From positions 63,116,001 to 63,180,000 of the forward strand of contig OX597816.1 in NCBI GenBank assembly GCA_951406725.2: a DNA stretch of 64,000 nucleotides, written 5' to 3'. A program made the position numbers and the translations under genes. Origin of the DNA: Octopus vulgaris. Lineage: Eukaryota. This document shows, in pieces, positions 12,695 to 26,832 of the stretch. Numbering within the stretch: position 1 is the stretch's first letter; the number at the start of each line of letters is the position of its first letter. The notes beneath the pieces are model-generated. The model worked only from the letters and a program-made list of their open reading frames with translations, had not been told where the DNA came from and did no database searches.

Positions 12695-12751
<57 letters not shown>

Positions 12752-13379
12752 GAAAGAAAAAAAGGAAATGAAATAAGAAAATAGGCTGAAATAGCATGTT
12801 AGATAGAGAATGTGTTTAAACGACTTCGATAGACTTCCCCCCTCCATTTATGGATTATTAAGGGGGGAAAAATACGAGTGGCTTACTACAACGCAATTAC
12901 TACTACTACTGCTGCTGCTACTACTACTACTACTGGTGGTGGTGGTGCTGCTGCTGCTACTACTATTGTGAGCGTAACGTAGGGGGACCTCTCTATGCAG
13001 TCGCGTTTCGTGCTAGAAATAGCAGCCAAAATATCAAAACATTCCTGAAATGTCACACAGCTCATCGTTTTCCCTCTTCCGCCACAAAAGGAAGAAAGGA
13101 GAAAGAAAAAGAAAGAAAGAAAGAAAGAAAAAAACATAGAAAGAAAACATAAGAATGAAAGTAAAAACAAAACAAGAAGAAAAAAAAAAAGGAAATAAGG
13201 TGATTGACACGTTAGGCTTAGAAACTCCCATTTAAGTACTTTAGCAAAAGAAAAACAAAAAAAAAACGGGGCTGGGATACTTTTGTTAACCGAGGATGCC
13301 CGAGAGAATGTTGACCTGGTGCTCAGCGTAATCAGTTACTACTACTACTATTATTGTTGTATAACATGCACGTAACTGT

Positions 13380-13441
<62 letters not shown>

Positions 13442-14030
13442 TATGTACTTAAAAATAATACTCAAGAAATTCACGTAACGTATTCACAGCTCGCTTACAT
13501 ACAAACACACATGTCTATGTGCATGTGTGTGTGTGTGTGCGTAGCTTATAAATGCAACATACCCGTAACACATACACAACACACACAACACACACATACA
13601 TACACACGACATATACATAACATACACACATACGTACAAACATACATACGCACTTTGTCCTTGTTATTTTTGGCTCTTACGCAATACTTAGAATACTTCG
13701 TGACACGGTTGTTTTTTTTTCTTTTATCCTTCGTAAAACTATTGCCAAATTTTAACGTTACTTCATCTTTTCTTTTATCTCTCTCCCTCTCTCTCTCTCT
13801 CCCCCTCTCTACTCTAACAATTTTCTATCTGTCTATGAATATATATGTGTATATACAAAGATGTCTACATTTAGAGAATATATTTTTTTATGCATGTATA
13901 TACGTACATATATATATATATTTCTTTATTGTTCATAGAGGGTTAAACACAGAGGGGACAAACAAGGACAGACAAAGGGATTAAGTCGATTACCTTATTT
14001 AATTGACCCCGAAAGGATGAACTCTGAACG

Positions 14031-14075
<45 letters not shown>

Positions 14076-14207
14076 AACATATATTTATATCTACATATAT
14101 ATGTATATACATATAATGCATATTTATACATAGGTATCCACCCATCTATCTATCCATCCATCTATCTATCCATCCATCTTTCCGTCCGTCCATCCGTCCG
14201 TCTGTCT

Positions 14208-14362
<155 letters not shown>

Positions 14363-15049
14363 CGTTTGTCTGACTGTGCATGCATGTATATATACGAATG
14401 TATATACATAAGCTAACACAAGCTAAGAATAAGAAAAAAAACACTCTGTATGTGTTCGTTCGATAGGCAAGAAAAAGCAGCCAAATGTCCTTCAAATTAC
14501 GCTCTTTCAGCTTAACAATAAAATGATCACAATTGAAACATCCTTGAAATCTGCTCTGTTCGATCAAGGTTGACCTGCGGTTAAACAGCAACGAAAATGA
14601 CAACAATGCGTTTGTCTATAACTACATTTACCGGCATATGTTTATTAGTTCATATATGCGAACTCCTGTATGAGTGCATGCAAGCGATTGCGAGTGCCTG
14701 TGTGTGTGCGTGTGTGTGTTTGAGTATGCGTGCGTGCGTGTTTGTTTGAATATATGCTTCATGCATGAATATCTAAACGTGATGTATAATATACATACAA
14801 CTTGTATTGGTTTCCGTGAAATATACGCTGAACATCCGGTCTCCACATGAATGTAAATTTGAGTCGATCGTGTGTGTGTGTGTGTGTGTGTTTATGGCTG
14901 TAATTATTATAAATCGGTGGAAGGTTCAGTGTGACTCAAAAGGCCAGAGTTTCGTGCCATTTATTAGTCAAAACTTGATAATTACCATTCCCAAAAACAC
15001 TCGGCCTTTAAATCACTAAGTTCTGCCAATGATTATTAAAAATAACGTA

Positions 15050-15520
15050 AAACGATGGGCTATAGCAAATATTCTGTTCGATACTACAGACTTGTTTGAC
15101 CATTATTTGACCTTAACCAATTGGGCATGTCCCTTGGTGGTTGTCTATATGTGCATCTCCGATTTCGAACAGGAGTAGTGGGGGAACCATCATAGCCATG
15201 TGTTTGAGAGGAATTCTACGGGGTTTGAATAATTGACCTTTGGAAACATAGGGTATTTCGTTCAACATCCTTAAACAATCCTTATTCAGGGACCTTTTGA
15301 ATGGGATGGGATACTCGACCTGAAGAAAATTCTAATTGAGTCCCCTCACCCCACCCCCAGCAAGGTCATGCGCTGTTTATCTTGATCATGTCGGGTACAT
15401 ATGGTTGTGATGCATGTGCCTTGTGTACCTTTGTTAAACGGGTATTCATGATGGGTATGCTGGACTTCGTATATTTGTATCCCAGTGTTACTTTGATGGC
15501 ATGCACTGCTCTCTCACTCA
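15050..15520 (+). mobile_element. Probable 3' portion of a non-LTR retroposon ending in (TAA)n
   Basis: Complex sequence ending GCACTGCTCTCTCACTC directly followed by (AAT)n; no intact ORF; clade not assigned. Confidence 0.4.
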
Positions 15521-15553
15521 AATAATAATAACAATAATAATAATAATAATAAC

Positions 15554-15591
<38 letters not shown>

Positions 15592-15597
15592 TAATAA

Positions 15598-15810
15598 TGT
15601 TTCCTTTTTGGCCACAAGGGCCGAACAACACAAAACACATGGCGACAATGCAACACAAGGGACAAGTGGGGATTAGTAGTGTCGTGTGAAAAAAAAAACA
15701 ATAACAATTAACAAGAAGATTAAACAATAAAATCTCCAAAAGTTGGGGAGTTCATCCCTGGGGTAACCGAGGAACCTCATGGTTACCCCGACCGCCAGGT
15801 GCACCTCTCA
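15598..15810 (-). mobile_element. LINE-like 3' UTR fragment with GC hairpin
   Basis: Minus strand ends CCCTTGTGGCCAAAAAGGAAAC followed by (ATT)n; hairpin GGGGTAACC-GAGG-AA-CCTC-AT-GGTTACCCC at 15760-15789. Confidence 0.4.
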
Positions 15811-16484
15811 TTTAATAAACTGTTCTAATTTTGGCACAAGGCCAGCAATTTTGAGTGTTACTTATTTTATTGACCCCTGAAGGATGTAAGGCAGACTCGA
15901 TCTCAGTGGTATTTGAACTCAGAATGTTCACAGCCAGAAGAAATATCACTGAACATTTTGTTCGACGCGCTAGTAATAATACTGCCAGTTCGCAGCCGTA
16001 TCAATAATAGATTTTATGTATGTGAGTATATATACACACTTATAAAAAAAACATATACACACATGTGTACTTCACACACACACACACAGTATCACACGCA
16101 CACAGTATCACACGCACACACACACATCACACACACTCTCTTTCTCACACACACAATGAGCATTTTTGCACTCTCATGGCTTTGAAAATCACATTTTCTA
16201 TCGCTCTCTCTCTCTCTACAACTTCCGGTCAGTTGTTTTACGGTCATGTAACGACACACGTGTTTTTATCGGATTATCTGCTCCGTCCTCCTTCTCTTCC
16301 GCTCTGGACTTTTTATTCCTTCCGACGAAGAGTCGTGCTCGAAATGTCATTTCCCCTCCTGTTTTTCTATCTAAAACTTTCACTGAGTGTCACTTCTCAG
16401 ATATTCACCTGTGTACATCTAATTGAGTTTTGGTGTTTTTTCCCCCCATTTCGTATTTTTGATTTGCATACATACATATATATA

Positions 16485-16593
<109 letters not shown>

Positions 16594-16609
16594 ATGAATG
16601 TTTTTATAT

Positions 16610-16800
16610 ATAATGAACGTGAAATACAGGAAGGGACGAACACGGAACACAGACAAATCATTCGAAGCCTTCAATCTTCAGTCAGACACCGAATCATCAT
16701 AGCAAATTTCGGCTGTTCAATTCTGATATTTGCTCCAACTCGGCCAGCCCCAAGAAAAAAAACTAAGCTGTAAGTATTAGATTTCTTGGTAGAAGACAGG
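16610..16800 (-). mobile_element. Fragment of a second Penelope-like terminal-repeat family
   Basis: Homologous to 17157-17335 (+), 53215-53565 (+) and 57762-58110 (-); flanked by (TA)n; CTGAAGA...CTTCGAATGA motif. Confidence 0.4.
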
Positions 16801-16801
16801 A

Positions 16802-16936
<135 letters not shown>

Positions 16937-17087
16937 TATGCACACACATGTATATACGTACACGCACACACATACATATATACTGATGCACTGAGTTCCT
17001 GTTTGTTGTACAAAATCTCTCTCTTTTCTCCCCCTCTCTCTCTCTCTCCCTGTCTCTCTCTGTCTGCCTGTCTCTGTCTCTCTCTCT

Positions 17088-17139
<52 letters not shown>

Positions 17140-17344
17140 ACGGCCGAAATTGCATACATGCATACGGCCGAAATTGCGAGGATAATCTATTGCTTGAATG
17201 AGGATAGAGGGCTTCGAATGACCCGTCCTTGTTTTCTTTGTATCGTCTATCTGGATGTTTTGTTGACCCTTTTTTGTATCGCCTAGCTGTCCTGATGTTT
17301 TGCGTTCTTATCCCATTTTGTATTTTATATATATATATATATAC

Positions 17345-17739
17345 TCTTACTCTTTTACTTGTTTCAGTCATTTGACTGCGGCCATGCTGGAGCACCGCCT
17401 TTAGTCGAGCAAATCGACCCCGGGACTTAATCTTTGTAAGCCTAGTACTTATTCTATCGGGGTCTTGTGTCGAACCGCTAAGTGACGGGGACTTAAACAC
17501 ACCAGCATCGGTTGTCAAGCGATGCTAGGGGGACAAACACAGACACACAAACACACACACACATATATATATTCATATATACGACGGGCTTCTTTCAGTT
17601 TCCGTCTACCAGATCCATTCACAAGGCTTTGGTCGGCCCTAGACTATAGTAGAAGACACTTGCCCAAGATGCCACGCAGCGGGACTGAACCCGGAACCAT
17701 GTGGTTGGTAAGCAAACTACTTACCACACAGCCACTCCT
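17345..17739 (-). mobile_element. SINE family A, full length
   Basis: Same A/B-box head, body and tail as 3645-4078. Confidence 0.9.
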
Positions 17740-18011
17740 AAGCATGCACACACATACACCACTGGCCTGCAGGCGTACTGTTTCCTCAATATGTCTCCTA
17801 TTGCTACCCAAAACAACGTGGGTAGGAAAAAAATCTAATTTTCTATAAAAACAAAAGCGTATATTTACGTTGATTCTGTACTAATCCATGTGCAATGTAG
17901 CGCTTCTATGATTTATTGAATTAAACATCGTTAGCCCTGGCACTACAATTTATGTAAATTAAGATACTCTCATTTAACTTGAGCCGAGGTTTTTTTTTTT
18001 ATATAAGGTGT

Positions 18012-18485
18012 TCGAAAATGCATAACAGATCTCTGCTGAAACGGAAGAAACTGCTGAAAGTAGCTAGTCCATGTGGTTTAACCGCATTATACGAAAATGC
18101 ACAACAGATCTCTGATGAAACGAAAGAAACCGCGGAAAGTAGCTAGTCCATGTGGTTTAACCGCATTATTTGAAAATGCATAACAGATCTCTGATGAAAC
18201 GAAAGAAACCGCGGAAAGTAGCTAGTCCATGTGGTTTAACCGCATTATTCGAAAATGCATAACCGATCTCTGATGAAACGAAAGAAACCGCGAAAACTAG
18301 CTAGTCCATGTGGTTTAACCGCATTATTCTGAAATGCACAACAGATCTCTGATGAAACGAAAGAAACCGCGGAAAGTAATTAGTCCATGTGGTTTAACCG
18401 CATTATACGAAAATGCATAACGGATCTCTGATGAAATGGAAGAAACCGCGGAAAGTAGCTAGTCCATGTAGTTTAACCGCATTAT
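18012..18485. repeat. Minisatellite, 6 copies of a ~79-bp unit
   Basis: Unit GAAAATGCATAACAGATCTCTGATGAAACGAAAGAAACCGCGGAAAGTAGCTAGTCCATGTGGTTTAACCGCATTATTC, starting near 18014, 18093, 18172, 18251, 18330 and 18409. Confidence 0.95.
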
Positions 18486-19447
18486 CTACATGGAGAGATT
18501 AAAGATGTAAATACTGAAAGTAGACACCTGTAGGTTTATCTATCTGCTATTTCTTGTTTCCTTGTTGCCTTCCTTTGCTCTCATCTCCACATGGAGTTGT
18601 AAAGGCGCCATTGCGACATGCAGCGTGTCTTGGGCATTTTATACTTCGCGGATAATATGTTTGTCCATATAAATATTCATACATACATACAAACGTACAT
18701 ACATTCATACGTACGTACGTACGTACGCACATACATAGGTACATACATGTATGTAGACATATGCATATATGCATTTATATATACATATATATACACACAT
18801 ACATGCGAAAACACATAGAAACATGTACATACATGTGTGTGTGTATACGTTTATGTAAGTGGATAAAGTGTGATTTGAGGGACAGCTGGTTGCTTTCTTC
18901 AGCAGTATGTACAACCCCTTAGGGCCTGATTCGTTAGCTTGCCAGAATTAGTTTTAAAGAAGAGGGGGTGCTTTTGATGTGATAGACAATAACAGAAGTA
19001 AATTTAAAACTAGTAATATACAATAATGATAATTACATGTAAAATAGTTCAAATATAATGATCCTTTCAGTTATAGACACGAGGCCTGGAATTTTGTGGG
19101 AGGTGGTTAGTCGATTACATCCACCCCAATGCTCAACTGGTACTTATATAATCGACTCCAAAAGGATGAAAGACAACGTTGACCTCGACGGAATTTGAAC
19201 CTAGAAGCTTTTTGCTCGGTGTGCTATCGATTCTACTTGCTCACCGCTTTATGTTAAATGATACAACACCCTGCCCCAACACCAAGTAGGATAACCATAC
19301 ATAGCAAATCTGGACAAACCAGAAAATCTTAATTGCCCTTAACATCAATGACATGTGCTTTCTACAAGGTATCTCTGTCGCATTCTAGAGAGCTCAGCCA
19401 GCCAGTCATTCTCAACTCACCTTTGAGACTCCACTCACCACTAACTC

Positions 19448-19659
19448 TCTTTTACTCTTTTACTTGTTTCAGTCATTTGACTGTGGCCATGCTGGAGCGC
19501 CGTCTTTAGTCGAACAAATCGACCCCAGGACTTATTCTTTGTAAACCTAGTACTTATACTATCGGTCTCTTTTTGCCGAACTGCTAAGTTACGGCGACGT
19601 AAACACACCAGCATCGGCTGTCAAGCGATTTTGGGGAGACAAACACAGACACAGACACC

Positions 19660-19738
<79 letters not shown>

Positions 19739-19852
19739 GCCGGGCTTCTTTCAGTTTCCGTCTACAAATTCCACTCACAAGGCTTTGGTCGGCCCGAGGC
19801 TATAGTAGAAGACACTTTCCCAAGGTGCCACGCAGTGGGACTGAACCCGGAA
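19448..19852 (-). mobile_element. SINE family A, head slightly truncated
   Basis: Matches family A from the tail to the B box. Confidence 0.88.
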
Positions 19853-19889
19853 CTATCTGGTTCGTTTCTATTGCCGTTACCTCTTTTCG

Positions 19890-20190
19890 TGAAGATGCGT
19901 GGCTTGGTGGTTGGAGATGATGTTCGGCTCACGATTGTGCATTCGATTCGCGGTGATTCGTTGTGTAGTTGAACAAGACACTTTATTTCACGTTCCTCCA
20001 CTCTGCTCAGCTGGCAATTCAAATGGCCAATCTTGTTACATCCTGTCTCACAATAAATCTCCCTGAGAACCACCTTAAAAGGTACGCATATCTGTTGAGC
20101 CCTCAATCACTTGCACGATAATTTCACGAGCAGTCTGTTCTGTTATCGAATCAACCCGAACACTCGTCGTCGTAACCGACGGAATGCCAT
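19890..20190 (+). mobile_element. SINE family D, diverged
   Basis: Similar to 28696-29016 (GCGTGGCTTGGTGGTT head, CAAGACACTTTATTTCACG, GTCGTAACCGACGGA end). Confidence 0.7.
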
Positions 20191-20949
20191 TTTATCTCTT
20201 TTTGTCTCTACGCTCTCCTTCCTCTTTATGTTCTTGTTGTAATAATTATTGCTGATATCATTTAATCTTCCTGCTCATTTGTGACTGAGTAGATCTATCA
20301 TCACACGTGTTCTAGTCGTGTCCATGTTGCGTGTTTGTAAAGGTATATTGTGCGTTTCCTTTCCATCCCGTTTCTCATTTAGTGCTTTATAAAAAAATCT
20401 CAGCATACCGTGACCGGCTTATCTATATTGTCATTAGGCCTACATGTCCACGCTTGTAGCTTTGATACGGTACCCGCATTGTCGAGTAGTTGACCCAATC
20501 CATCGGTGTGTTGTATATATGACAACGTCATCCCATGCCTTTTGTTTTTTCTAAGACGGTAAGTTGTGATTTTGATGGACATTTTGTTGCCATTTCTAGC
20601 AAGTTCTATAAACACATGGGTGTTCTCCTGTTGGCATGTTTCGCTTTATGTTAACGCGATTCTGGAATGAGCCAAACGAGTGAGTTTCTATGCGGTCGAT
20701 CCTTGTGTTAGAAATAGCAACCAAATCTTACTCAAATCGCACCCACCATACCGTTTTTTTTTTCTTTTAAAAAAAGAAAGGCACATTTGTCAGTGTAGTT
20801 TATGATATTAAAAATGATGGAATTTATTACAGAGCTACTCTACCAAATCTCACCAGGAGTTAAACAGCAATATCGACAAATGATCCTGGAAGAATGTTAT
20901 GAAGACTTTCAACCAAAGAGAAAAAACCTAACTACAAAGTTTTTAACTT

Positions 20950-21530
20950 CCTTCATCACACTATTTCATTTTTAAAACGCTCCACCAAACTGATTCCTCC
21001 ATCGCATTAACTCTCCACTATAACGCTCTTCAAACTGATGCCTTTATCGCATTATCTCTAATGTATAATACACTACCAATTGATTCGTTCACTGCACTGT
21101 CTCTTCCGTAATACACTCTTGCATCTTATCCCCCCATCACATTACCTTTTTTTTTTTTTATAACGTTCTCCAAACAGATTCCTCCATTTTTCTGCGCCTC
21201 CTGTATAACGCTCTCCATATTAATTCCTCATTCACTCTATCCCTTCTATATAACACTCTGCCAACTAATTCCTGTTCACCCTACCTACATTATATACATT
21301 ATAATGCTCTCTAAGTGTATTCCACAATCACCATATCTCTTCTGTATAACGTTCTCTAATCTGACTCCTCAACAACCTACATATACTTCTGTATAACGCT
21401 GTGCAAATTGATCCCTCCATCGTCGTAGCTATTCTATATAATGTTCTCTCGTCTCATTCTTCCATCACCTCTACTTCTGTATAAGGCTCCACCATCTAAT
21501 TTCTCCATCACACTATTTCGTATAATCTCC
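20950..21530. repeat. Old degenerate minisatellite, ~45-bp unit, roughly 13 copies
   Basis: Recurring TATAACGCTCTCCAAACTGATTCCTCCATC-like core at ~45-bp spacing. Confidence 0.7.
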
Positions 21531-21586
21531 CTCAAACCACAGCTCCCTGCTCTAAGACCGGAATGAACATATCGAATAGTAATCTT

Positions 21587-22000
21587 ATTTCTTTATTGCC
21601 CACAAGGGGTTAATATATAGAGCACAAACAAGGACAGACAAGGGGATTAAGTCGATTACATCGACCCCAGTGCGTAAATGGTAGTTAATTTATCGACCCC
21701 GAAAGGATGAAATGCAAAGTCGACCTCGGCGGAATTTGAACTCACAACATAAAAACAGACGAAATACCTATTTCCTTACTACCCACAAGGGGCTAAACAC
21801 AGAGAGGACAAACAAGGACAGACAAACGGATTAAGTCGATTATATCGATCCCAGTGCGTAACTGGTACTTAATTTATCGACCCCGAAAGGATGAAAAGCA
21901 AAGTCGACCTCGGCGGAATTTGAACTCAGAACGTAACGGCAGACGAAATACCGCTAAGCACTTCGCCCGGCGTGCTAACGTTTCTGCCAGCTCGCTGCCT
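21587..22000 (-). mobile_element. SINE family B, head-to-tail dimer with 17-bp TSD
   Basis: Head GGCAGCGAGCTGGCAGAAACGTTAGC, B box GAGTTCAAATTCC, ~185-bp body duplicated; TSD TATCGAATAGTAATCTT at 21570-21586 and 22001-22017. Confidence 0.9.
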
Positions 22001-24468
22001 TATCGAATAGTAATCTTGGATAACCAATTTTTGATGGAATGGTAACCAGTACAATTGCCCTGGTCACTCGACGTTTATCTTGAGTCAAAACAACAATAAC
22101 ACCACTATTAAAGACACCAATAACAAATGTCCAGTTTTAACCTTTGAGGTGTGACATCGTAAAAGTCCTTAAATGAATGTATACTTGTTGATGAACTCAT
22201 CCATTTCTATTGTTGAACATCTAATTGTTCGATTAAGGGGGCATGTTACTGAATTAGCTTACGAAATGGCTGTGTATTCTGCCGACGCATGTATTCTTAA
22301 AGTAATTCTCACGTACAATCAGTGTAACACAAGTGTGACAAGAATGGTCTTTATATTCAGTAATGTGATGTTGAAAGGGAGAGACGCCCCATAGGGATAG
22401 GGGCCCTTTCACTGGGGCGGCATTTTAAGGTTTACTATATAAACCTATATAGTCTGTATTGTCTCAGGCGTGTTGCAAACCCAAAGGTTGCCTGGGGCAG
22501 CATACACTCCAGCTACATCACTTTTTTATAAGTACAATAATGCTCTGTCATTGCATGTTTCTTGTGTGTACGTTCTGTTTTTTTGTTTATGGTTTCATCA
22601 AAGCAGGAAAGGCAATATTCATGTCCCTTTTTCAGGGCCTCTGAAACAATTAGGAGGAAAGAAGGTAGTTATGTTCAAATCTGTAACTTGACTTGAATGT
22701 TTGCCACAAAGTAGACACCCTATGGCCAGATGGTAGGGATAGAGAGAGAGAGAGAGAGATTATATACATATATATTTCGACATCTCACATGTAGCACCCG
22801 TTGCAACTGTACAAGTAATGTCGATCTAATGGAGGGAGAGATCTTATGTCTGCACAAACATTTGATCATTATAAACAGATCATCTTTGTGTTTGCTCTGT
22901 AAGAAATTGTCGAACCCTCATATGTCATCTAACGACGGGAGAGTCCATCATCACCATATATATATAATACATACATACATCATACATACATACATACATA
23001 CATACATACATACATACATACATACATGCATGCATGCATACATACATACATACATACATACATACATACATACATACATACATACATACATACATACATA
23101 CATACATACATACATACATACATACATACATACACCTTCTCTGTGGCATATTAGGAAGTGTCTTTTACTATAACTGTATGAGTGAAACTGGGGAGACGGA
23201 AACTGGAAAATTCATGAGATGGAGTGAATCCATCTGTAATTAAATCAACTCCAGTCATGTCACCTTTTGTTATGCTGGGTCTGCCTTCGAATTATCTCAA
23301 GAAAACATTTAGATTTACGCTGATTCTGTCGAAATAACGATCTTAGGTGTCTGTTGGATAAAAAAAAAAAAATGTTACATTCTCGAGTCATTACTCACAA
23401 GAGCCAGTTTTCTTGTGTATATATTCAGGACTTGGACAGGACGCGGGTCCGTTGCAGGATTACTCGTTTTTGCCAGCTGAGTCGACTGGAACAGCGTGAA
23501 AGAAAGCGTTTTACTCAAGAACACAAGGCGTCACCTGCTCCAGGAATCGAAACCACAATCTTACGATCATGAGTCCAATACCCTAACCACTAACCCACGG
23601 GCCTCCACTGTGGGATACTCAATCACTTACTGTGATTGAGTGATCTGCAGGAATACTCATTGGCGAATCCGACGGAGATCCATTTAATTAGACTTAATTC
23701 TACTTGCACTGCTCGAGCCTGTAGCTAAATTCCCTTCCAATCAAGTCCCATTGTCTTAAATAAAGGACACATTGGATAATGCAATCCTAGGTATGCTTTC
23801 ACCATTTTATCTTTTACTTGTTTCAGTCACTGGGCTGCGGCCATGCAGGAGCACAGCATTGAAGGCTTTAGTCCAACAAATTGATCTAAATATCTATTTT
23901 TTTTTAAAGTCTCGTACTTATTCTAACGATGTCGTCTGCCGAACCTCTAAATTGCGGCGACGTGAATAAATACAAAGACAATGACACACACATGACCAAA
24001 TCAAATAAACGAACAATAAAATTAACTATAACAAACAACAAAAGCGCATGTACAAGGAACGTATTAGTTCGACACTCAGTAAAAAGAGAGAGTTTTTGAC
24101 CTTTTGAGCATAGCTCTTCATCGGATCGGTAAAAGAAAAAAGAAAGGAAAAAATACCAACTGCACGTGTGTAATTACATTGCTGAAGTGATATATATATA
24201 TATATATATATATCAGATCTACTACTACCCACCTACGAGGCATTCACAAAGGAATAGAAAACGAGAGACCGACTACCTGAATACTATGGAAATATTTAGC
24301 TATTTAAAGACTATGGAAATGTCTACAAAACATTTCACTTAATTTTTTTTCTCCAATTTAATTGTTTTTCTTATTTTACTCTTAGTTGAAACAGCCTAAA
24401 AGACGGAAACCAATACTAAAATACTTCATGATAAAATTATTTTAGCATTTGCTACCTTATTTTATTTT

Positions 24469-24555
<87 letters not shown>

Positions 24556-24835
24556 ACTTCAGGAAATATGTATATATATATTTACACACGCGACGAGCTT
24601 CCACACAGTTTCCGTGTACTATATTCACTCACAAGACATTGGTTGCCTTGTAGCTATTGTAGAGGATACTTGTCCAAAGTACCGCACTGTGGGACTGAAC
24701 CCGACGCCACACTGTTGCAAAACGAAGTTCTTAAGCATAGATCTATGCCTGATAAATAATTAAAAACAACAGCGAGATGATCATGGTTAGAGGGCTTTAC
24801 GAGCTTAGGTTTTCTGAGCTAAAGCTAACCTATGC

Positions 24836-25324
24836 TTAAAGAGTAACAAATTGTCTCTTGCAAAGGGGAAAAAAGGGCTCAGAAGTAATGCCGGCATAGT
24901 TGGGCCGTTTTGTGAGGAAACGCGGTGATATTTTTTTGATAAATTGTTTGGGTTTTTGTTTTTCCCTGCTAATGGTTTGGTCAAAAGAAAGATGCTTTGC
25001 TAGTTCTCTAAAGCGGGTGAGATCGATGCACAGGATGTTTTTGTATAACATATTGCATGTAGACAAGCTAACGAGGTGGAATTCACGAGCGATGAATGTT
25101 CTAGGGCGGTAGGGTTGAGCATATCGGTTACTGTGGGGTCTTGGATGGAAACAGATACGAATCTGGTAACGGGAGGAAAGAGGACGACGAAGCAGAGACT
25201 CTATGGTGTGTTTGTAGTTATTCAGGTAGTCATGGAGGTAACTAAGCGTTTTTTTATTTGGTGGGGTGGCAAACCAAGTTACAAATGGTAGATTAATGTC
25301 TTGGATGAAGCAAGAACGTGTCAT
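24836..25324 (-). other. Non-repetitive 162-codon stop-free frame, possibly a decayed retroelement ORF
   Basis: One of the few non-microsatellite ORFs in the track; no catalytic motif recognised. Confidence 0.2.
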
Positions 25325-25558
25325 AATCGTTTGAAGTTCTCCTCATTCCTTACAATCTTTCTCACTCTCTCTCTCTCTCTCTTTCCTTTTCTGTCTCTCT
25401 CTCTCATACCTTCACACTTTTTCTCTATGATCTTCCTGTGTTATCTATGCAAGAACTATTTAGTGCTGTTTTGTCGTGAAAGCAGTATTACCAGAGGTAA
25501 ATATGCGACAAGCCAGATCAGAAATATCTTCTAGTGGTGTCACGTGTAGTTTGAATCT

Positions 25559-25975
25559 CATTTCTTTATTGCCTACAAGGGGCTAAACATAGAGGGGACA
25601 AACAAGGACAGACAAATGGATTAAGTCGATTACATCGACCCCAGTGCACAACTGGTACTTAATTTATCGACCCTGAAAGGATGAAAGGCAAAGTCGACCT
25701 CGGCAGAATTTGAACTCAGAACGTAAAGACAGACGGAATACCTATTTCTTTACTACCCACAGGGGGCTAAACACAGAGGGGACAAACAAGGACAGACACA
25801 CGGATTAAGTCGATTACATCGACCCCAGTGCGTAACTGGTACTTTAATTTATCGACCCTGAAAGGATGAAAGACAAAGTCGACCTCGGCGGAATTTGAAC
25901 TCAGAACGTAGCGGCAGACAAATTACTGCTAAGCATTTCGCCCGGCGTGCTAACGATTCTGCCAGCTCGCCGCCT
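25559..25975 (-). mobile_element. SINE family B dimer
   Basis: Same dimer junction; degenerate TSD ACGTGTAGTTTGAATCT / ACGTGAAGCTTGAATCT. Confidence 0.9.
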
Positions 25976-26541
25976 TAACGTGAAGCTTGAATCTGTCTAC
26001 TTCAACAGCACAATGACAGTACCACTGCACATATCAAGAGAACAATCTTGTACCCAACAAACACTAGCCATGGATAGTTTCCATCTAAACTGTCGTAGTT
26101 GTTCTAAACGACTGAACTCACTGTAGGTAATCACCACTTCTGGCGTCTTTACATACCTAAAATAGAAGACGTTCCTAACGTGAGCATGTGTATTATTTTT
26201 CAAACGCAGTGTATTATTTCTTTAACTTGATCGATGCTATTGCTTTAAAACGTGAAGGTGTGATTCGAGGAAGAATTAGTAACTATTTCTTGGTGGAAAA
26301 AATACCACGTATACACTTCCTCTTAGAATCGCATAAGTAAATTACTCAGCTGGGTACATCGACATCATACTGACGACTATAAACACGTGGCCTTGATCTC
26401 GTCAAAAGAAATTAATATAATTGACTAGAAGTTGTGACAGAGGTCTGGACTAGATGCCTCACATCATTTAGTTGTCCTTCATCTTTCGAGTTCAGTTCCT
26501 AACAAAGTCGATTTTGCCAGTCATCCAAAGTGTATGTTACT

Positions 26542-26590
<49 letters not shown>

Positions 26591-26599
26591 AAAGTACGC

Positions 26600-26765
26600 C
26601 CCTTGTTGTACTCTTTCGCCCGAACTTTCTCTCACTCTCTTTCTTCCTGTTTCTCGAGTAACGCTGCGATAGACTGGCGTCCCGTCCAGCTGGTGGGGAA
26701 CACATACGCGATAGAAACCGGGAAACCGGGCCCATGAGCTTGGCTTGGCTTGAAAAGGGCGAAGA
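26600..26765 (+). mobile_element. 5'-truncated SINE family C with alternative 3' module
   Basis: TGTTGTACTCTTTCGCCCGAACTTTCTCTCACTC shared with 40534-40580, followed by CTGCGATAGACTGGCGTCCCGTCCAG. Confidence 0.65.
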
Positions 26766-26768
26766 GAA

Positions 26769-26832
<64 letters not shown>

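Noticed and set aside
18012-18485. CRISPR-like array
   Set aside because: Whole units repeat with no unique spacers; eukaryotic context; no cas genes.
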